Shown here piece by piece: positions 55,864 through 64,000 of a DNA stretch of 64,000 nucleotides. Source of the DNA: Setoptus koraiensis. Its lineage: Eukaryota > Animalia > Arthropoda. The position numbers and the translations under genes are program-made. A model generated the notes under the pieces. The model saw only the letters and a program-made list of their open reading frames with translations, was not told the origin of the DNA and searched no databases. How positions within the stretch are numbered: position 1 is the first letter of the stretch; every line of letters starts with the position of its first letter. Location of the stretch: the NCBI GenBank assembly GCA_048013815.1, contig CM106586.1:6014001-6078000 (forward strand). Reading direction: 5' to 3'.

Positions 55864-56909
55864 ATGCATCGATTTCGGATCACCTCCTTAAATCTGCTCT
55901 TTCTATTCGTCGCGATAACATTCCACTATAAAGAAATCGATGGTCACTATACGACTTCGGAACTATTTCGGGGAGAGGATTCCGAGGAACATAAGCTCTC
56001 CTCAGCCTACTCACACGACGAAGAATCTTCATCAGTTTCCTTTGACGATGAAAAACCCTCATCAGCTTATTCGGGCAACGAGGAACCTTCAGCTGCTGAT
56101 TGTTGCGACGAAAAATCAAAATTGGGTCAACATGGACGCGCTCCTTATGCTTTCTTCAATCTTTGCGTCACATTAAAACATGGTAAAACAGTAAGTTAAA
56201 TTTGTTTATCGTGACGCAACTGTGTATATCCTACCTGTGTATGTCAATGAAAAATTGAAAAACATTTATAGCAAGACATTCATTGTATAACTACAAAAAC
56301 ATTCCTTCAAATTGACACATAATATTTCAGGTGTGTAATGTGACAATTGGAGGGGGGACCGGCTCGAAAAAAACGGGTAAGCCAAACCTAGAGCCAGACC
56401 CGCCCCAGAAGCAGGAGCCGCCACCAAAGCCGCCACGAAAGCCTCCGAAAGACCCGCAAGGGCCCGATCCTGGTTATGGTCAGGAACCCCAAGGCCAGAA
56501 ATCCGGTCCGGGACCCGGCCGAGGTAATGGTCGGGGACCCCCCCGAGGTAATGGCCAAGGACCCGGCCGAGGTAATGGTCGGGGACCCCCCCGAGGTAAT
56601 GGCCAAGGACCCGGCCGGGGCAATGGTCAGGGATCCGGCCGAGGTAATGGTCGGGGACCCCCCCGAGGTAATGGTCAGGGACCCGGCCGGGGTAATGGTC
56701 AGGGACCCGGCCGGGGTAATGGTCAGGGACCCGGCTGGGGTAATGGCCAGGGGCCCGGCTGGGGTAATGGTCAGGGACCCCCCCGAGGTAATGGCCAAGG
56801 CCCCTACCGGGGTAATGGCCAAGGACCCTACCGGGGTAATGGCCAAGGACCCTACCGGGGTAATGGCCAAGGACCCTACCGGGGTAATACTCGAAACTAC
56901 CGTGGGTAA
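55864..56909 (+). CDS. Putative secreted protein, ~301 aa, with 16 GP(G/P/Y)(R/W)GNG(Q/R) octapeptide repeats; exons 55864-56190 and 56331-56909
   Basis: MHRFRITSLNLLFLFVAITFHY signal-like start. A|GTAAGT donor at 56191 and TTTCAG acceptor at 56330 join in phase 0 (KHGKT|VCNVTIG). 24-nt tandem repeats at 56505-56890. Confidence 0.82.
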
Positions 56910-59900
56910 AATTTCTGTGGTCACGTATGTTGTCCCACTCGGGTAGCATTGAATCACAAGTAGTAATGAAATGTTTGATGATGAAAATAAATCAAATTGG
57001 GCTGCAGCTCCAGCTTTGGTCTTGAAATCATCTGTTGGATTTTGTGTGTCATATTTTATAAATTTGCTTGAGATTCTATGGATCTCCATAAATAGTTGCG
57101 CCGGGATTCGGCTATTTCCAACTTGTCAAAAACTAGTTTTTATTCTATTTGACTATTTTGTTCCATTGCACCAACGAGGAAACTTATTGTCGGCGTTAGC
57201 ATAACAAACACGAAGGTAGTGATAATTGCAATGAGGTCAGTATAATCTGAACGAGAGAGCTGGACCAGTTGCCTGGCCCGAATATCGCATCCGCTCTAGC
57301 AGCAAGAGTCTAAATTTTATAGGTGGCGATTATGAGTCTATCAATGACTTTTTCAGGATACTATCGCTAGATAGGTATCGAGGGAAAAAATATGTGACTT
57401 TGGTTGCGGTTTTCGCGTGCAAAAACAAACAGCATCAGAGAAAGTTCAATCTTTACAATAGACGTTCTTTCGGACAATTGATCTCAACTCGGCTGTTTAG
57501 TCACTGGAGATCAGAGAATTAGATAGAATGCAATTAGATAGAATCCCTAAATGTGGTTCCTTATTTCCGGTTTCTCATAAAGCAGCTTTATCAGGATAAA
57601 GCGATTGCTAGCTTCGAACGGAGTTTTCAACAAAAATTTCCTAGCCTCAACTGATCTAGACTTTTGATCTATGGAATCGCATACAAAAATCCATCAGTTA
57701 AACCAAAATGAATCAAACTTTATCATCAGCAAATCTCTTCCAATATCTATGCGTGCTTTCGAGACTTTCTTTCGCAATCCATTTTCACACTAACAATAGA
57801 AGTCTTTTAAAAATTTTATATGCGCGATTTTGCTTTTTAGGTGTACATTGAGTTTTTAATAGCAGTTTTCGCTGAATAATCGGCCGTTAAAAGCATAAAA
57901 GTCTTGATACATGGATTATTAATTTGTCAGAAAGATCTTGTTATATAGACTTGTCATTTTACTTCAGGTTATAATGTTAAGTCCCTCAAGATGTGATGAC
58001 ATCACGTTTTTCTCCGTAAACTGTATAAACGTTCTGTTGACCTATTATTGGATAGTACATAACAGTTGTACCAGTATTAAGCACATCTATACCTAATGAC
58101 CTAACGGAAAAATTGAGACATAATATTATCCATATCAGAATAGTGATGATTTATATCATTTTGTTTTTAGAACCAGAGCATCCGATTATCCATTTATTCA
58201 TTGCAATTGGTGCATACCAAAATTGTTTGTTAATTGGATATAATATAAGATATAAGATATGAAAGAAAGAGAATTAATTTGGGAAAATTTCAAGAATTCA
58301 TAATAGATCGGCAATTGATTAATGTGCTTTGGTTAATGGACGCATTCTAGATTGATTGTCTCTGTAATGAGCAGTGATAAAAGCGAGAGAGTATAATTTA
58401 TGGGATGATTGATCAATGCAATTTAGTGTAAGTTTTTCTTATTGATTTCTATAGAGCGTAAGATTTAAATTAGAATTAAGAATGGTAAGTTATAATATAA
58501 TGAAAGTTGATGCTTTTTGTCAACAATATTCGAGAAAATTGCTGACATTCAAATAGATATTTGTCAGCTATCTTAACTGGGACAATTAATGCGATTCACT
58601 GATTTAACACGCATCTAATTTTCAAAAAATCTACTCCTGATATTGGTCTAGTTATTGAAGATTACATGTTCCACTTAGCTATGAGTAGAAAGTTTGATGA
58701 TTCATTTAGCCAACGAGCAAGTTGGAGCATGTAGCTCGATAAGTAGTTAACGTTCAATAGGTGAAGAGGCTAATTCAATACAGTGTGTAAGCAGCATTGA
58801 TTTTCTCATGTGTTGAAAAATCAACACATCATTTTTGAAGCAGACGGCTCGATCTATCAGTATAAAAATAAAATCATTTTGATTAGATAACTCAAATCTT
58901 TCGATCTATATAATCGGCGGGCTGTGTGTATTACGTGTGTCTCTTCAACTGTTAACACGTCACACGTTAAGCCATTTTCTAGGGAGGGCTCGTTTTGAGT
59001 TCCGACAAAATAATCAACATTAGTACATAATTGAGATTGACTGGAACATTCAATGCACATGCACACCAATCACTGTTTCATATATACAACGTTGCTATAA
59101 AGTGATGAAAAGTGTGCATTCTACGCCGATCAAAACGTTTATTAGCTTATCCTCATGATCCACTTGGCTTTTTGCAACAAACTAATTGAGGTATACTGTA
59201 CCACAATGATAATGGCCTGAAACGCTTCCTTCTCGAACTATAGCCACAGAGTCTGTAAGATGAAAGGTTGTCATAGTTGGTTTAATAAATTGATTCCATT
59301 CTTATTTCGCACCAAATCTACAATTGTCAGACTGTCGGTTTTTGCTTGTGAGCAGCCATTATTAGGCATTGTTTGTTGGAAGAAAAAAAAGCCAGAAGCC
59401 AACGTTGACGAGCTGTAGCTGTGCCTCAAATGGACGCTAGAAGTTGCCCAAATTGCAAATAATCAGAGCAAAATTGCATCTCTTTTTCAGTGGTGCCATT
59501 GCGATTCAATCTAACAATCTGTAAGAGTGATCGATTGAGTGAGCGGGGCCAAACTGAAGACAGAGGGCGAATTATGTCGAGCCGATATAATTGACCCAAG
59601 CAAAACAGCGCCAGAGACTGATGACATGAAGCTAGTTGATCTTGCATGTCTGTTGATTTATATTTCGATATTGTCGCTATAACTAAATTGGCAGTCAGTT
59701 TGCAGCGAGACACCGCAATAGATTGGCGCTGGGGCGAGCATTAAAAACTGTTTTGTGTGGCCCCGAACGCCGGTTGTGTTACATTTTTGGTGTGCGTTGT
59801 TGTGCAGACTGTCAACGTCAATGCGGGCTTCGATCTCATTTGGCAGTTGTGTCGCTCAAGTAGTTGCATAAGCTGTCTAATTTAATCAATGGGTTAGCTG

Positions 59901-61104
59901 TTAATATCGCTTGTTATGAAGGGGCCAAGTTGGGCCCACTTGGCTGTGTTAAGCCGCGCGGCCCGTTTGGTGGTGCTATTATCATAGTGCTATGATATGG
60001 TATTAGCACTATGATAACGTGGTGCTAACGTTAGTTATAGGGGAAGTTGCAAGTTGCCAAAAAGCTTGCCAGTTGCATGGGGCTATTTGCATAACTCGAC
60101 GCTCGCTCGCTCGCTCAAAGCTGCAATATTAACCGATAACGAAGTATTATGTGGGGTCCCCCGTTCACTTGTCAAATGAATTTATTTGCGTCCACTGGCG
60201 CACACGCACGCCGACTGTTTAGTCTAGACTGTCGAGACCCGATCCCATTGAGACAGGATATTCTACGTGATAATTTACGGCACACACATGCACAGGATAA
60301 GCGGCTGTTGTTAGCAACAACAATACGCCAGCCTGCTCATACGCCAGGATATGTGTGTGTTACATAACCATATATTATATCGTATATATTATCGGTGATT
60401 ATTGTTATTATTATTATTATTATTATCATGTTGTCGTTGTCGTCGGCGTGGCCTAACCGTTAGTTTCTGACACACACACACACACGCTTAAATAGTGTGA
60501 CGGTCGGCTACTTGGATATTGAGCCTTGTCGTCGATGTTGGTGTTTGTTTGTTTGCTGTGTGTGTTGGCGCACCTAGCGGCATTTGGTGGCACGGCCAAT
60601 ACGCGACAGTGGGCGCGCACTTGAATTGCCCATTGGCTCAACTTAATACTTAAATGTCTGCGAGGGGTCACTCATAGACCGGTTTGGTCGGTCGCATCGG
60701 CTCATCGGTCGCAATCTCGCTGACCGGACGCTAATCAGCATGACATAGGAAATTGTATTGCCAGGCAAAGTGGGCCAGAGTGGCCAAAGTGGCCGCACAG
60801 CCGGCCATTGATCCGGGCCGGCCAGCGGAGTGGCTTTAGCGACAAAGTCAAGCCACTTGAAACTGCCACGCCGGCCAGCGTGCAGCCCAATTGATTATGT
60901 ATAAAGGGCCGTGTGACGATATCAATCAACCGGCCGGCGACTCATGCAAATAGCCACTCGTGTGCCCCGCTCCGGCTATTCAGCGGGCCCCGACGACGAC
61001 AGCCCTTATTGTTGGCGTGTTGGCTCGTTTTCTTTTCTAGTGCTTATTTGGGGCCCCAACGGCCGCAGTGTGCCGTTGGGGCTGTGCAGTCGCAGTCTGG
61101 GGCC

Positions 61105-61210
61105 CTCAGACGCTCTCAAACTCAGACGCTCTCAAACTCAGACGCTCGCAAACTCGGACGCTCGCAAACTCGGACGCTCGCAAACTCAGACACTCTCACA
61201 CTCAGACACT
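61105..61210. repeat. 16-bp minisatellite CTCAGACGCTCGCAAA, ~6.5 copies
   Basis: Direct tandem units with few substitutions. Confidence 0.85.
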
Positions 61211-62294
61211 GGCAAGGGGCGCAGTTGCCGGCAAAAAACGGCCACCGCTCGGCCCCATAGCGGCATTTGGGCCCGACACAACATATGGCGCGGCGCGGTG
61301 CGGTTGCATGGATAAAATGGATAAATTGGGCGAGTTGGCATGTGAATCGCATTCACGTGAGACTATGCGCGTCTCATCGGCGTGTCATATCATATCACAC
61401 GGCATCATGTAATCTCGCTTTGTTTGTCATATTCATGCCATTCAGGCTATTCATGCTATTCATGGCGGCCACTACCCACAACACAATATACACTGCACAC
61501 TATCTATCTACACGACAGTCTATCTCGACTGTCTGCTGCAGCCCGCACTGTGCAGCTCGCCAGCATCGCCGGCTCAGCAGATATATGAGGCCGTCTTGCG
61601 CGCGCGATATGATAATGGACTGAGCCAAAACGACGCTAGGCGCCAACAATTCCAGCGCCTAACGCCAGGGTAATAATAGCCGCGGTGGCAATAATAACAC
61701 CGCCTAGCGGCCCCAGCTAAAACACGCTAGACGCCAAAAGCGAGCGAGACACATTTATAAGCCGACTGGTCTAGTCAATGGCGGCGAGTATAAATTGAAT
61801 GCAAAAGAATAAACGCCAGCCAGGCGGCGCCACATCACTCTGCTGCTGATTGTCGGGGCCACCTCGCTAACTATGCCTCATGCAGCGACAACTGAGCTGG
61901 CTCTGGCTGGGTCAGCGCAGTCTTGCCAGTCGCCAGTTGCCAGTTGCCAGTTGCAACAGCCAGCGCTGGCCCGATGGCCGGTTTATCGTTGCACTAAGCT
62001 CCGTCGGAGGCTCAAGTTCACGCGTTATATCGCTCGCCAGCCAGCAAGCGTCGTCATGCTCGTCATCGCCGTCTCTAATATCTCCTTCACCGCGGCCCAC
62101 TATCTGACACGGGCAGCTCGCGCACACAGATATTAAAGGCCCCGAGAAGTTGGGGCCCCGATATTATCTTATAAGCGCCCGAGCAAAGAGACCGATGCTC
62201 CCATTTATGGGGCCCGCCGGCTGCGCTAGCGCTGCCGGTGATTAAACTGGGCCAAGCGAGTTATATCTATTATTGCCGCAGCGACAGTATGTGC

Positions 62295-62296
<2 letters not shown>

Positions 62297-62327
<31 letters not shown>
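62297..62327. repeat. (GT)n microsatellite
   Basis: About 15 GT units. Confidence 0.9.
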
Positions 62328-62329
<2 letters not shown>

Positions 62330-63217
62330 GGTGATGCAATGGGAGATAATGTAAACCGAGCTAGCACATCTAATCTCCTGTTTAAATAGAATATGCCGAA
62401 CATGACGATAGAGCGAGAGAGCCAGTAGCAGCGCCGGGCCCACACAATGCACAGGCGCTTGCGATTGGCTGGGGCCAAATAGTGGCACCTAGCTCTTTTT
62501 GCGCACCTCGCCCCCGTTACCTGGTCGGCGTCGCCTTTTGCGCCTCTTCGTCACCTGGCTGCCTGATGGTGCAAATGGTAGGTGCTAACTGCAGCTAAGG
62601 GCCCCAAATTTGGGCCGCCGCCGCCGCTTTAAATGCTTTAAATGCTTTCAAATCAATGTGCGCCAACAAGGGCGCCAGTTTGTTTAGACAGAGTGCGGCG
62701 CAAACGGTGCTAGGCGCACTTTGCCCAAAACTAGCACCAACCTATGAACGTAAAAGCGCGTTAAAAGCGCAGATAAGAAAATCTAGAATATTGAAAAAGC
62801 CCGCGCACCCACTATTGAATTCATTAAATTTATTCGCAAATTCGCATGCACCAATATTGCGCCGCTCGGCCTGGTCGGCGCAACTTCAGTGGCCAATAGT
62901 GGCGAGCAGGGCCCCTGTAATGGCGGCCACTCACCTCACTTTGCAATGGTGCCAATCGTCGGGCGGCCATTAACGGCAATTATCAGCGAGCTTGTTGGGC
63001 CGACCAGTTGTTTGTTTGGGCGCCGGATCTGGGCCCCACACGATGGTGTGTGTGTGCGCCATTTATTGTTGGGTCACACACACACACACAAATTCTCATG
63101 ATGATACGACCACCAGTGAAATTGTCAAATTTGCCCTGTCGGGTTGGCCCAAATCGGCCCGACGTCCGGCCCACTGAGTGGCTGGCTGTAAATAAGGCAG
63201 CCGCGGGCCCCGCAGCA

Positions 63218-63290
63218 CTGGTCCGATCGGGCAAACGTTGGTCGAGCGATCGCTGGTCGGGCAAACGCTGGTCGGGCAAACGCTGGTCGC
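63218..63290. repeat. 15-bp degenerate tandem repeat CTGGTCGGGCAAACG
   Basis: 4-5 units, GGTCG-rich. Confidence 0.7.
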
Positions 63291-64000
63291 GCCATACGTG
63301 AGCTCTCTCAGCGAGCCCATTTGATCTCGCGGGGCGCAGGGGGCAGCTCGATAAAGCCGCGAACGTGGACGAGCATTAGCGAGCAACTAATGCCCATCTC
63401 AGTGCACTTACAAGTGGCAAGGGGCCTAGATTATAAAGACAGTCAGAGCGGGTTTGTGCGCAGCAAAGGCATGCGCACTGAGCGGCGCCCCAGTATTTGG
63501 GCGCTACAATCTGGTGGGGCCAGCGAATGGCAGTGCCAAGTTGGCACAGCCAATACAAAGCGCCAAGCGACTGGCTGTGTCCGCCGACACACAACATCAA
63601 ATGGACAAACCGTTTTCGTTCGGCAGCAGCAGCCAGCGAGAGGCAAAATTTAATAATTTAAACAATTGAATTGAAACACTTTTCATTTAGTCACTGGCCG
63701 CTCAATTGCGAGCACATTTTGCTCAGCAAGTGTCATAAGTTGGCATTAGTCGTCTCATAAATAAACAATCAAAAGATTAGTCAGTCTCCAGTTTGCGCGG
63801 CTCATATCATCGCATCGCAAGACATGTGCAACTTGATTATTATTTGTCGCCTAAAATGATAAAATAAAAATATAATGTTCGTCAGCACGTACTGCAAGCT
63901 TACGCACAAACCGGAACAACAGTGGGACCAGCAGCAATAGTTAGACGAATCAAACCAAAGCAACCGTTCAACTGAGCAAAACGGGCAACGACACAGTGAC

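Noticed and set aside
56266-57089. Alternative repeat ORFs (VPDHYPGR, AITPAGSL, VMVRDPAG)
   Set aside because: The 24-nt repeats leave several frames open; only the GPxRGNGQ frame is joined by canonical splice sites to a signal-peptide exon.
57310-57700. Possible decayed non-LTR APE endonuclease (FIGGDY..STRL)
   Set aside because: Motif matches too weak and stops frequent; would need an HMM search.

Overview
Eukaryotic scaffold with short spliceosomal introns; an arthropod, probably a compact-genome mite (inference). 1-23 kb is gene-dense: a partial secreted protein, an LPGAT1-like acyltransferase, a TIR-domain pseudogene, nested Tc1/hAT remnants, a near-complete rosa-like Tc1/mariner element, HBS1L, CWC21/SRRM2 and an SLC29 nucleoside transporter. 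23.6-35.6 kb and 42.5-45.6 kb hold a nested repeat cluster. It is dominated by a ~0.9-1.1 kb non-autonomous DNA transposon (GG-ended TIRs, 8-bp TSDs) whose arms diverge but whose 157-bp GC-rich hairpin core is almost invariant. The cluster also contains a TTCGAA-based satellite, a copia RT/RNase H fragment and small orphan ORFs, including a chromodomain. 36.0-42.2 kb is an assembly artefact: an N gap, a SMART cDNA adapter plus poly(T), noisy single-read sequence and a mitochondrial 16S fragment. 45.6-64 kb is mostly non-coding, rich in GGGCCC, and contains a head-to-head pair of secreted low-complexity protein genes. All translations, counts and alignments were done by eye; no database searches were run.
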